The notes under the pieces are model-generated. The model was not told the DNA's origin and ran no database searches. It saw only the letters and a list, made by a program, of their open reading frames with translations. This document shows, piece after piece, positions 24,544 through 36,036 of a stretch of DNA of 64,000 nucleotides. The DNA lies in the NCBI GenBank assembly GCA_038087875.1, contig JAXLNO010000438.1, positions 682,001-746,000 on the forward strand, in the 5' to 3' direction. The position numbers were made by a program, and so were the translations under genes. This DNA is from Malacoraja senta. Taxonomy: Eukaryota. Numbering within the stretch: position 1 is the first letter of the stretch; each line of letters opens with the position of its first letter.

Positions 24544-25172
24544 AGCCCCTGTCCCACTTACGTGTCCTTGGCATGCTAATTACGCGACCTCGTGGTCGCG
24601 TTGAGGCGCAATGGACCCTCAAAGGTCGCGCACGACTTCATGCTTCCGCACAGCTGTCTGGAGCGCGTGACATCATTTGAAGATGGACACAAAATGCAGG
24701 AGTAACTCAGCGGGACCGGCAGCATCTCTGGAGAGAAGGAATGGGTGATGTTTCGGGTCGACTCTTCTTCAGTCTGAAAGAGTTACTCCTGCATTTTGTG
24801 TATCTTCAATTTTCTTGGCCCCGCTCTAGGAGTAGGTGTGGGGGGCGGATCCGGACCGCAACGGCCGTGAGCCCCAGGCCGAGCTCAGCGATCATTTGCC
24901 TGCTTCTGCTACTGTTGGAGGTGAGACGTTGCATCGTGCCAGGGTCTTGGGCCTGTCCCACTTTGGCCGTCAGTTACGTGACAGGCCGGTGGCGCGAAGA
25001 TTTTGTTCGCTACAACATTTCGGAGCGCCGAGCGATACCGCGCACAACTCCATACCCCTCCGCGCTTCTCAGTGGGACCGGCCCCGCGCAGCCACATGAT
25101 GCCCGTGCGCCTCAACGCGACGACGAGGTCACGTAATTTGCGTGCCAAGGACACGTAAGTGGGACAGGGCCT
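24544..25172. mobile_element. PIF/Harbinger-like MITE inserted in the 3' LTR
   Basis: ~65-bp TIRs (AG[C/G]CCCTGTCCCACTTACGTGTCCTTGGCA...GTTGAGGCGCA). The empty site in the 5' LTR is GGG-TAA-ATGTTG, consistent with a degenerate 3-bp TWA TSD. Confidence 0.85.
24678..24810. mobile_element. Short palindromic Penelope-derived element nested in the MITE
   Basis: GAAGATGGACACAAAATGCAGGAGTAACTC...GAGTTACTCCTGCATTTTGTGTATCTTC; same family as the pseudo-LTRs at 52131-52373. Confidence 0.75.
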
Positions 25173-25672
25173 TTAATGTTGCGATGTTTGCTTCCTCCGA
25201 GAAACACTGTTTGAATACAATGTATTAGCCACTATTATTGGGTTAGGGAAATGTCTGTTATGTATGGGGTTAATCAATATCTGTAATTGGATTGTAAAGA
25301 GACCACCCCCATGTGGTTCGGCCCCTCGAGATCCAGGGACCTATAAACGTCCGCTGCCACGAGGTCCTGCATCGATCTTCTGGGAGAGTACTTAGGAGTG
25401 CGTGACCTTCTGGAGTGTCTCTGTTTGAGCGACGCCTTGAGGGCTTGATAAAGAAGATACGAGGATCGAACCCGCGGTGGTTAGGTACAATAGTTGGAAC
25501 TGTAATTGTGTTTTGGCAAAAAAAAGATTTGTTGCGCAAGTGCTTGATTCAGTGTTTTTTGACTGAAACTAGACTGGGGGGAAGCTTAGAACGAGCAATT
25601 TACAGTATAGCAATACAATAATGGTAGTAGTGAGAAATGGCAATTTTCAGTGTGATACCATAGTCGGTATTT

Positions 25673-25985
25673 AGAACATAGAAAAATACAGCACAGGATC
25701 AAGCCCTTCAGCCCACAATGTCTGTGCAGAACATAATGCAAAGATAAACTAATCTCATCTGCAAATGATCCATATCCCTCCTTTCCCTGCACATGCCTAT
25801 CTAAAAGCCTATTAAACACCACTATCATTGCTGCCTCCTCCACCACCCCCGGCAGCACATTTAAGGCATGCACAACCCTCTGTGTAAAAATTGCTTTAAA
25901 CTTTTCCCCTCTCACCTTATACATATGCCCTCCAGTCTTTGGCATTTGCACCCAGAGAGAAAGGTTCCGATTGTCTATCCCATCT
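25673..25985 (-). mobile_element. CR1-like LINE 3' fragment
   Basis: GHMYKVRGEKF...FTQRVVHALNVLPGVVEEA plus a 3' UTR. Confidence 0.75.
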
Positions 25986-26669
25986 AAGTTGTCTAAGTTA
26001 CAGTAAGGGCTCACAGCCTGAGTAAAGGCAGACAAAAACTCTACTGGGCAATGTTGCATCAAAAGTGGTTCTTGATTCCAGCACTGCATATATAAAGTGG
26101 AAATGTTTCTCAATTACATTTACAACACAGATTCTGCAGATGCATAGAAATTAAAAAGCATCTGCCATAATATCTAACCTTGATCATTTTTAATGAACGT
26201 GAAGTGCAACTTGAAGTGCAGTACATGAACCACAAGCACTGGCTGGTTCTTAATAAAAAATACTTCCGCTGCTGGACATCTGAAATAAATCAAAAAACTA
26301 TGTATTTCCTCAGCAGGTCAGGCAGCATCTGTGAAGAAAGAAATTATTACAGCTTCTGAGTTGAAATAATGAAACTTTGTTTCTCCCTTCACTAGTGCTA
26401 CCTAACCTGCTTACCATATCCACTGCCTTGTGCATTTATTTCTGTCCTGTTCATTCAATGCTAATCTTCCGTGTAGTTTTTAACAAATACTTTCTTTATA
26501 TACTTCATTTTAACATTATAGGAAAATGTTTTCAGCTTAACAAAATAATTTCCATTTGATTTCGATAAAATTTGATAATATAAATGTCAGCTACAAATTG
26601 GTCATCTACAATTTGTAGTAAAACAGTAGATTTACTCAATAAAGTCATTCTAATGAATGATTTGCTTAA

Positions 26670-26832
26670 GAAGGGACTGCAGGTGTTTGAAGAATCGAAG
26701 GTAGATAAAAATGCTGGAGAAACTCAGCGAGTGAAGCAGGATCAAGAAGAGTCTCGATCTGAAACGTCACCTTTTCCTTCGCTCCATAGATGCTGCCTCA
26801 CCCGCTGAGTTACTCCAGCATTTTTATCTACC
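26670..26832. mobile_element. Penelope-derived palindromic short element
   Basis: Inverted arms AGGTAGATAAAAATGCTGGAG / CTCCAGCATTTTTATCTACCT surround a degenerate ...GAAACGTCACC core. Confidence 0.75.
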
Positions 26833-26899
26833 TAATGAATGATTTGGTCACAAAGAAGCAAGTCCTCGTAAACACAACTTGTTTTGTTGTATGTTCATT

Positions 26900-27800
26900 G
26901 AATCAATCAATCAATCAATCAATCCGTTTTTATTCATCACATACACAATAAAGTGCATTGAAATGAACTTGCCAGCAGCGGTACAATCAAAAAAGAACAC
27001 ACAATACACAATAAAATTTAACACAAACATCCACCACAGCATTCTTCACAAAGTACAGTCAGACCTCCTCCATTGTTCCCCTGTGGTCGGGGCCATAAAC
27101 CTCCACAGTCGCCACTGCGGGCAGCTGGATGCACAGGCCCTCTCGTCAGGATGGTAAGTCCCGAATCGGCGCTTCCCTACCGGAGATCGCGGCTTCAGGA
27201 TGTTGTAGGCCGCACAGGCCGGCGGTCGGAGCTCTTCTCCGGGGATCCCCGGTGAGGGATCCTGCTCCGGACGTTAAGAACATGCCGCACCCACAGCTAG
27301 AAGCTCCGCAGACCGCGGCTTCTGGATGTTATCGGCCATGGGCTGGCGATCGGAACTCTTCTCCGGCGATCCCTAATTAGGGGTTCCAGGCTCCGGATGC
27401 CGCGCCTACGGCTAGAAGCTCCGCTGACCGCGGCTTCAGGAGGTTATAAGCCGCGGGCCAGCGATCGGAGCACACCCTTCTGGCGACCCTGGCAAGAGCT
27501 CGCCCAATCCGCGATGAGAAGTCCACGCTGCACCCACTGCTGGAGCTCCGGGCCCGACTCTGGGAAAGGTCACACCAATCCATGGTGTTAGGCCGTGAGG
27601 GAGGCGACATGGAAAAAGTCGCCTCTCCGTGGAAGAGGTGACCGAAAGTGGTTCCACCCTTACCCCCCTCACCACCCCCCTACACAAGACACACCAAGAG
27701 ACATTAAAACACACATTTGGGCACACTAAAAAAAACAAAACAAGTAGAAATGACAAACACACTGCTGGCAGGGCAGCCGACTCGCTGCGCCCCCACCAAC
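26900..27800 (-). mobile_element. GC-rich non-autonomous retroposon with a Rex1/Babar-like 3' tail and three ~120-bp internal repeats
   Basis: The minus strand ends ...GTGATGAATAAA followed by (TTGA)n. The unit CGCGGCTTC[A/T]GGA.GTT...TCGGA recurs at ~27188, 27314 and 27429. Possible degenerate TSD CATTGAATCAA / CACTGATTCAA. Confidence 0.6.
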
Positions 27801-28019
27801 CACTGATTCAAACAACAATACAGTAATACTTCTTTTATGCAATAAGATGCCTGGAATCAATAAGCAAGTGTTCTACTTTGGGATTGATGATGTACTTGAT
27901 TGTGTTCATTAAGTGTTTCTCAGTAATAAATGTTCTTTATCAATGCTGAATCCCATGAATATCAGCAGAAAGATTAAAACAATCTTCCTTCTTGGATATC
28001 TATGTTATCATTCTGTGAT

Positions 28020-28205
28020 AACACAGAACAGCACAGAACGGGAACAGGCCCGACTGCCCACAATGTACTGAACATGATGCCAAGTTAATCTCCTCCCCTG
28101 CATGTGACCTATAAGCCTCCATTTCTTGCATATCCATGTGCCTATCTAAAAGCCTCTTAAATACCACTACCCCTGCCAGCACATTCCAGGTACTCACCAC
28201 TCTCA
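28020..28205 (-). mobile_element. CR1-like 3' fragment
   Basis: RVVSTWNVLAGVVVFKRLLDRHMD. Confidence 0.65.
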
Positions 28206-28383
28206 TATATCCCATGAGATCCTGAAAATGGTATTAAATGGGTAATAAAGTGTAGTACCATAAGATTCAGGTAAGTATGGAACCATTTTTTTCACAACTT
28301 TGGAAATACTATTGGAGAAAAATTCCCATTTGCAGTTAAGGCAGCAAATTGGACAGCTTATAACATTAAAATTAAGTTAATTT

Positions 28384-28695
28384 GGACGGCACGGCGGCAT
28401 AACAGTAGAGTTACTGCCTTACAGAGCCAGAGACCCGGGTTCGATCCTGACTACAGGTGCTTATCTGTACGGAATTTGTACGTTCTCCCAGTAACCATAT
28501 GGGTTTTCCCCAGGAGCTTCAATTTCCTCCCTCACTCCAAAGATGTACGGGTTTGTAGATTAATTGGCTTGGTTAAATTGTAAATATTCCCTAGTGTGTG
28601 TATGATAGTGTTAATGTGGGGGGGTTCGCTGGTCGGCGCAGTCTAGGTGGGCCAAAGGTCTGTTTCCGCACAATATCTCTAAACTAAACTAAACT
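28384..28695 (+). mobile_element. V-SINE (HE1-like)
   Basis: B-box GGTTCGATCC, V-domain and (AAACT)n tail; homologous to 11407-11714. Confidence 0.85.
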
Positions 28696-28724
28696 TAATC
28701 AATGGGGGCAATATATATATAGAA

Positions 28725-30172
28725 TGTATAGACAAGCACAGTCGGACGGCGCCCTACCACCAACACTAACTGAAGCAACAATTACAGTGTTTCATAAGAA
28801 AGGAAAAGATGCCCAAGAAGTAAGTTCATACCGTCCGGTCTCACTGCTAAATATAGATGGCAAGTTACGACACGAAAGAGACTACAAATAAAATATCTTT
28901 GTACGCGGATGATATCCTCCTGTACATAACAGAACCTCAAACCACTATTCCAGCGATACTGGAAAAAATTAACCTGTTTGGTACATTTTCAGACTGCAGT
29001 ATTAATTGGAATAAAAGTATACTGTTGCCAGTTCATACCATCTCCACAGATACTTTGGAGAAGTTTCCTTTCAGAGTAACAACAGATAAATTTACATATC
29101 TAGGGATTGAGGTTACAAAGCATTACTCTTCCCTTCTACAGGCCAATTTCCTTCCCTTATTAGAAAACCTAAAAAGCAAAATCCAATTCTGGAAAACTCT
29201 TCCAATTTCCTTACTCGGAAGAGTGAATACCATTAAAATGATCTTCTTCCCCCAGCTACTATATCTAATTCAGAACATTCCTATTTCTTTTACAAAAACA
29301 TGTTTTAAGAGATTAGATTCGATAATAATACCTTTCTTGTGGAATTACAAAACTCATAGGATAAACAAAAATCAGCTCTACCAATCAAAAACTAAGGGCG
29401 GGCTTGCTCTTCCAAATTTCAGGTTATATTACTGGGCCTCTGCCATCAAGTCCTTTGCTTTCTGGCTTGACACCTCAAACATCCCTCTAAATTGGCTAAA
29501 AATAGAACAAGAAGATTGTCACCCATACTCAATAGGTACCATCCTACTAGCTCCTACTTTAATTGATACATCATATTATGGATTTAATCCTGTTATACAC
29601 AATTTGTTACGTATATGGAAGCAAATCAGAACCCATTTTGAACTTAAACCTATATCTCTCACTTTGCCCATAGCAAACAACCCCACATTCAAGCCATCTA
29701 TTTTAGATAAGACTTTCTCTACATGGAGTGAATTAGGAGTCCACAGTGTCAGAGACCTATATATCGATGGTACGTTTGCCACCTTTACACAGCTACGAAA
29801 GAAATTTGAACTCCCAAATAGTAACTTCTTCAGATACTTGCAAATCAGGGATTAATATACAAAAGCATCTGTCGGGATTTGAAGTTGAGAGGCAGTCTCA
29901 AATAGATGACTGCCTTAAAACATCACCATATAAAGACAAATTCATCTCCTATATGCAAGCTGTTCTTCTATCAATAACCTCTCCATCCTCTAGCAAGTAT
30001 AAGATCAATTGGGAAAAATACATAAATGTGCAAACACCAGATGAAATATGGGAGGAAAGCCTCAAACTTATACATAGGTGCTCAAACAATGCTAGACACT
30101 GCCTCATACAGTTCAAAATTATACATAGACTTCACTACTCCAAGGCAAAAATACACAGTATATATCCAAATG
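28725..30172 (+). mobile_element. L1/Tx1 ORF2 fragment (distinct subfamily) with an internal deletion and 3' truncation
   Basis: SYRPVSLLNID jumps directly to ASYDTKETTNKISLYADD. GGLALPNF and ARHCLIQFKIIHRLH follow, and the element is cut at YPNVC. Confidence 0.9.
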
Positions 30173-31355
30173 TGTGCAGAAATTTAGAGATGAAGTTGCA
30201 TGCAACAAAATATGGATCTCAATAGATGAGACAACCGATGCTGTGGGGAGAAATGTTGCCAATGAAGTCATCGGTACACTGGAGGCAGGTCCACCATCAA
30301 AGAAGTATTTGTTGACATCGGAAGTATTGGAGAAGTCAAACAGCTCAACTATTGCTCAGTTGTTTACATCTTCACTTGCTGTACTTTGGCCAGAAGGTAT
30401 AAAACACGAGAATGTTCTTCTGTTTGTGACTGATACAGATCCGTGCATGAAAAAAGCTGCTTGTGCTTTGTAAAATAAAACTTTAAATTCCTCAAAATGT
30501 TGCATTTGACATGCTTAGCTCAAGGACCATAGAATTGGCAAGCACATATGTAGCTTTTTTCCAAATGTCGATCGCCTAGTTTCCAATGTCAAGAATATCT
30601 TCCTCAAAGTACCGTCACGTGTGCAGTTGTTCAAGGAAATGGCACCCGAGATTCCGCTACCTCCTCAGCCCGTTTTGACTAGGAGGGGTGCACGGCTCTC
30701 TGCTGTACTCTACTATGCTGCAAATTTTGAAAAGATTAAAGCAATCGTCAACTGTTTTGAAGAAGAAGAATCTGCTGCAGTTAGCATCGTCAGTGAAATC
30801 ATGCAGAAAATGTCCCTCCACCGCACTCTTGTGTTTATTGCTTCCAATTTTGCAAACTTCACACAAGCTATCACTTCCCTTGAGAAATGTGGCGAAACAT
30901 TAGTGAATAACTTGCAGGTTTTCAACAAAGTTACTGATGATATTCGTAAAATTCCTGGCGATGTGGGTAGAGACATACAAAGATCTTGAAGAAATACAAA
31001 ACATAGCTAATGTTCTCAAAGGTAGTTGTAATGCACAAGATATCGACATGAATATAGTCTGTAGCTTGTTTTGTGTATGCACCAGTGACCTCAGCTGAGG
31101 TAGAACATTTTTTCACAACTGAAGCATATTCTGTCTGACAGACGGCATAGTTTAACACCAGATCAGTTGAAACAAATGCTAGTAATTATGTGCGACCAGG
31201 CAACTTTGGTCATTTAATGTAGTATGCCTTTATATTATCATTTTTAACCATATTTTGGTGGTAAAAGTACATGCCTTTTCTGCCTTTTTTGTAATTTTAT
31301 TATGCCTTTTTGCCTGCCTACTTCAGTTTTTTAGTGCCTAAACATCCTGGCTCTA
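30173..31355 (+). mobile_element. hAT-superfamily transposon 3' part (CGGBP/hAT19-like transposase relic) with right terminus
   Basis: IWISIDETTD, LLFVTD, HLTCLA, PPQPVLTR, SAEVE and LSDRRHSLT motifs. A TGCCTT-repeat subterminal region ends in CCTGGCTCTA. Confidence 0.85.
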
Positions 31356-31439
31356 CTGATCAATCAATGAGACAATATACCTCTGCTCTTATGTTTGCAA
31401 ATGATACTCACAGCACTAGTGTAGAGCAACAGAGCTCTA

Positions 31440-31640
31440 ATTGCTTTCAACCAGAATCAAACCAGAAGTATATTTGATTCATAGTTATTTATAAGATGCT
31501 GCAAGATACAAGATTGCCACTGCGTGTGCTGACAGTATAACAGCAACGACACCAGAAGGTACATCAATGCATGTGAAGCATTATTGATACATTTTGAGGA
31601 CTTAAAACAGTGTCCCATAAATGCAAGCATTTCTTTTTTC
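31440..31640 (+). mobile_element. Possible ancient DeuSINE-type 3' remnant
   Basis: Weak resemblance to the Deu-domain SINE 3' end (...TGTGAAGCA...TTTGAGG...ATAAATGCAAG..TTTCTTT). A similar remnant may lie at ~46850-47220. Confidence 0.35.
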
Positions 31641-34600
31641 TGCTATTTCAATTAATTGTAGCACAGGAGTCTACGCATTAAGAAATATTTCTCACTACTG
31701 AAGTGTTGTTCTGGATTGTGTTGTGTCACCACTACTAATTAGATTTTCACACCCATAATATGATATGTTACATGTCCTCAATGTGTTATTATTATGGTAG
31801 AAATAAACCCACTGCAATCAATAGACCATTTAAGTCTCCAGCAGTCATTAGTTCCAAAAACTACAAAAGAGCTACACGCATATCAAGGAAATAGCAAGTA
31901 AGGAAAAATGAAAATTGGAACATATGCAAAAATTAAAGTATAGCTTTAAAAGCAGGCAAAAAAAAAAACGGAGATAAAAATAACTCCACGAGCTGCATAA
32001 ACACTAAAAATGCTTTCTGTACTATACTTTACATATCATTTTCAAGATTTATTGCTGTTCTTATCTTTAGGTTGCCATCTTTACCTTCCTTCAGTGTTGA
32101 AATCATGAATGTTTCTGCTTGACTTTTCCGAGCCGGAACTGATGACAAGCTGAGGAAACTATTAGCGAGGGCGGCCTTTCTAGACGGCTGCCCCTGAGGA
32201 GCAGCAGGTGGGCGGTTAAAGAAAAGATTCTTACATGAAATATCAAGGGCTTGCCCACACATGCAGCCACTAGATAGCATGAACTGTCAGCTGAAAGTGC
32301 TGTGGGCTGGATGGAATTAAATCTCTCCAAAAGCTTTTACTTGTCAAGTCTTGTTATGTTCCATTGTTGAATTTGGTACTCCTGCCATTATCACGGCAAG
32401 GCATACATCTCTGTGTATACTCCCACATTGAGCAGCAACCTGCATGCAGGCACACAACCGATGCACAGCTAGTAATGCGCCACAAGCCTCATTACATCAG
32501 GCAAATGTTTGCTGGGCACCCACAGTGGGAGGGAATTGTGTGCTGCCAGGGAAGTCCAAGAAAGGATTCAATGGTGGATAAAAGTGGCGGTAATTGAGCA
32601 CATGCCCGTCAGTGGTTGTTGAAGGTCTTCAACACAGATTGCTGCTGATCCAAAAACAGGGAAGTTCTTCTTGGCTCCATTTCCAGATATTTAAAAAGTA
32701 CACCTTTATGTGTTGGCGTTCAGTGGAAGCTTAATTATTCATTAAATTACATTCGGACCTTGTAAGGGAGAAAATTACATTCGGACTGTCATAAGGGAGA
32801 ACATTTTGTGAAATTATTTTTGAACAGGCGTAACAACCTTTATTAGCAAATGCTTATTTTAGGTATAAGCTTTGGATATCTCATTTTGTTTGTCTCCAAA
32901 AGCATAGCTAAAAAAAGCACTTCAGATACGCACAGCAAATTGTCTTCTGGGGGGTTTACGGGTCCAGTTTTTGTCTTAAATCCATCTTTGGTCACATTTA
33001 GATTCAGCCATCTTTGTAGGATGTTTAAATACTGGAATTATTCATGACTGAATCTAAATGAAATCATGGGAACATAATAGTTCCCATTATGCTTGCTACT
33101 TGCAGTTTAATGTTGCATAGCAACAAAATGATGACTCCTTTAACCTGCTGCAACTAACTGTGGTAGTATTCCAAATCTTCAGAAGCAAAAAAATAATTGA
33201 AGCATTTATTTAAAGATTTGTCAAAGAACAACTGTTAACGGGGTCATTTAACAGATCACAATAATTAGAATATCTATGAACATAAAAAAAAGTTTTGACT
33301 TGTGATGTACCTAACTACCCATTTCACCCGGCTTATGTAGAGTGGTCTAGCCAATTCATTTATACTTGTTATACAAAGGAAAATATGCTATTGTTCTGTA
33401 ACCTACTTTGTTACACTCTCTCTGAAAAGCCTGCAACAGCAATTTCCTTAACCCGAAAGAAATAAAAGTGAAAAAAACTCATTCATCTTAAACCTGGCGT
33501 TCAGTCATTCTTGGAATTTTCTGGAACCAAAGCAGCATCAATTGTCTGGAGATGAAATGGTGATTCCGCTGATGCCAATAATAAATTCTATATTTTCGCA
33601 TTGACCTGGGACCCACAAAAAGAGATTTGCCGATGCAGCAACATGAGGTAAGAATTCTCCCTCTGTTTCTTCAATAACTTTCTATAATGGAGGTTCCACC
33701 ATGTAGATTCCTGCCATGTACCTGATACTATGAAAAACATTTGGCAGTTCATAGGAGCGTTGGTAAAGGAAGAACTGCTGTGATTCTGCTCTAATATTAT
33801 GGATGGGATTGGAAAAGATTAAATCCGTATATCCGGGAAACTACTAATCTAAGAAACCTGGTTGAGACTTTAATGGACACGAAGGAAGCACTTGTGATCT
33901 TCCCTCGCTTCATTATTGATTCCAAAATTATAAATCGCATTGTTTAGAAGCTGTATATTAACCTCATAAAACAGTACTTTTATCATATTACTATATAATC
34001 CCCTTTAGTCTAAATTAAAGTGCTGAGTGATAAATATTTATGCACAAATATGAATTTTGTTCTATCTGAGCATCATACATCATACTTGCACTTGATCTCA
34101 GAAAACAATCAATTTTATGCACAATTTGTGATTTTAAGATTTAAAAAATCCTTCACTGAATATGAACATGTTTTTATGGACTGTTTCCAATTGTTGACAG
34201 TCTAAAAATCATAAATCATGGATTGTAAAATGAAGTAACTTGAGATTTTGTCAAAATATTTCACTTAAATGTTTAGGTTTCCTCATTAAGGAATTACATG
34301 TGGCATGGTCACATTCCTACTTAATATTAAAAAAAATTAAATTCATATCTACCTCACTTCACATTAAGGGTAAACGCTGAGTAACTGTAAAAACTCCTAT
34401 CCCGCCTATTAATCTGGAAAGACATTTTTATCCTTTCTCAGTGCAAAATTTAAATTGCAATCAAATAGGCTGCAATTTAGCTGGTGTGGAAAGCAATTGC
34501 AGCTTGAGACTGGGAGTCTTCTGCAAATTGTTAATTTTCTATTGTTGGGTTTATTTAGAAGAATCAATTGGCATTGTGACTGATATAGACGAGATTGCAG

Positions 34601-35654
34601 AATTAGACTCGTTGCCAGCAGGTAGTTATGACTGTGGGAAGAGATGAAGTTGGGAGGGGTTGCTGGGATTTATCTTTGTTTATGGAGAGTATTGGCCAAT
34701 TCTTTAGAACGGAATGTGCAAAAGGCAAGTACAATCTACTGCCAACACTCCTGCAAAATTTGACATTAACATTCATAAGCAAATAGTCTTTGCAGAGGTA
34801 ATTTGATGATATAAATCTTATGTCCATAGAGTAGCAGCAAAATCTATGGATGGATTGTGCAGGCAATGAGAGGGAAATGTCCTGAGATATCTTGCTTTCT
34901 CAATGACATTTCAGGATTACTGGAGATCGTTTCAACAGGGGAAATTGTGCAGTGTGTAATTAAGGAATAGAGCAGAGTGGCTCTTCAAACAGTTAAAGAG
35001 TATCAACAGAAACCTTCAAGACCAGGAATTATTTACTAGAATATTTAATATTCCCTCGAAAGACATCAAATTTATTCTCAACAGGGTAGATTTTACATAA
35101 GGTATAAAAATGAGCACAATTGAATGGACAACACTATGTAGAAATGTACTTTGTAACAATCAGTAATGTAAAGAGAATTGTTTCATTTTTACATTCTATT
35201 TACCTACATTCTCTTTTAACTAATTTGTTGGAGACAGGAAATCTATGGATCATGCATAGAAAAAAAAGCTGGAATAGCAACAGTAGTCAGCTGTTCCACA
35301 AAGCAGTGCTTCCATCTCATTATTTTACATCAAAATAACTGTACACCCACACATGGAAGGAAGATCTCAGTCGATTTCTTTGTTAAAGAAGGTTTAAGAA
35401 TTAGATACTGTGAAGTTTCAAAGGTCTTACAGCAGGATTTTCCACAGTTCTTAAACAAATGGAGCAATAACCTGCATCAAGAACAAAAAGGACCTAGACA
35501 TTTTCTTTAAAATAATGTTTTCAGAATGTAAGCAGTTTTATAAAAGCCACATTTATTCTCTGCATCTCTGCTTTTAATGAACTTGTGAAAAGGCAACAAA
35601 TGCTTGCGCCAGATAAGAATGATTGTGCCAGGTGACGAAGGAAGCAAAACCCAA

Positions 35655-35820
35655 CATTTGCAGTTTCCCTCAAAATCATTGTCTTCAGACTGAAGATGGG
35701 TCTTGACACGAAATGTCACCCATTCCTTCTCTCCAGACATGCTGCCTGTCCCACTGAGTTACTCCAGCATTTTGTGTCTATCTTCAGTTTAAATCAGCAT
35801 CTGCAGTTCCTTCCTACACA
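35655..35820 (+). mobile_element. Penelope-derived short element
   Basis: CTGAAGATGGGTCTTGACACGAAATGTCACCCATTCC...GCATCTGCAGTTCC. Confidence 0.75.
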
Positions 35821-36036
35821 TCATGCCTGTCACTCAGACTGCACAAGGTTGTAGTGACTGCTCACCCCTTAGATGTTACTGAAACCATCTTCTACGTTCA
35901 GAAATTTGTTCTGCACTCAAATCTCTTCCTCCACTGTCAAAACTCTAATTCATATCTTCATTAACTCTGTCAATACTTTATTGCAAGCTTGCCTCCATGG
36001 CATTGACTAAATTTGTTAATCCAAAATGCTTGAACA

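Larger units (their letters stand above)
17053..25604 (+). mobile_element. Endogenous-retrovirus-like provirus (class I-like), pol/env-less, with nested insertions
   Basis: Two TG...CA LTRs; 4-bp TSD GTAT (17049-17052, 25605-25608); tRNA-Pro PBS; PPT; gag-like ORF and CCHC knuckle. Confidence 0.92.
24205..25604 (+). repeat. 3' LTR, interrupted by a MITE
   Basis: Collinear with the 5' LTR on both sides of 24544-25172. The AATAAA is changed to an A-run near 25520. Confidence 0.95.

Noticed and set aside
17038..25629. 14-bp CAATAATGGTAGTA on both sides of the provirus, considered as a long TSD
   Set aside because: The right copy (25616-25629) is not adjacent to the LTR. GTAT is the abutting TSD, and the 14-mer is better explained as a pre-existing short tandem duplication.
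32029..32597. Short ORFs as possible host exons
   Set aside because: No recognisable domain, no consistent splice-flanked open frame and no partner exons.
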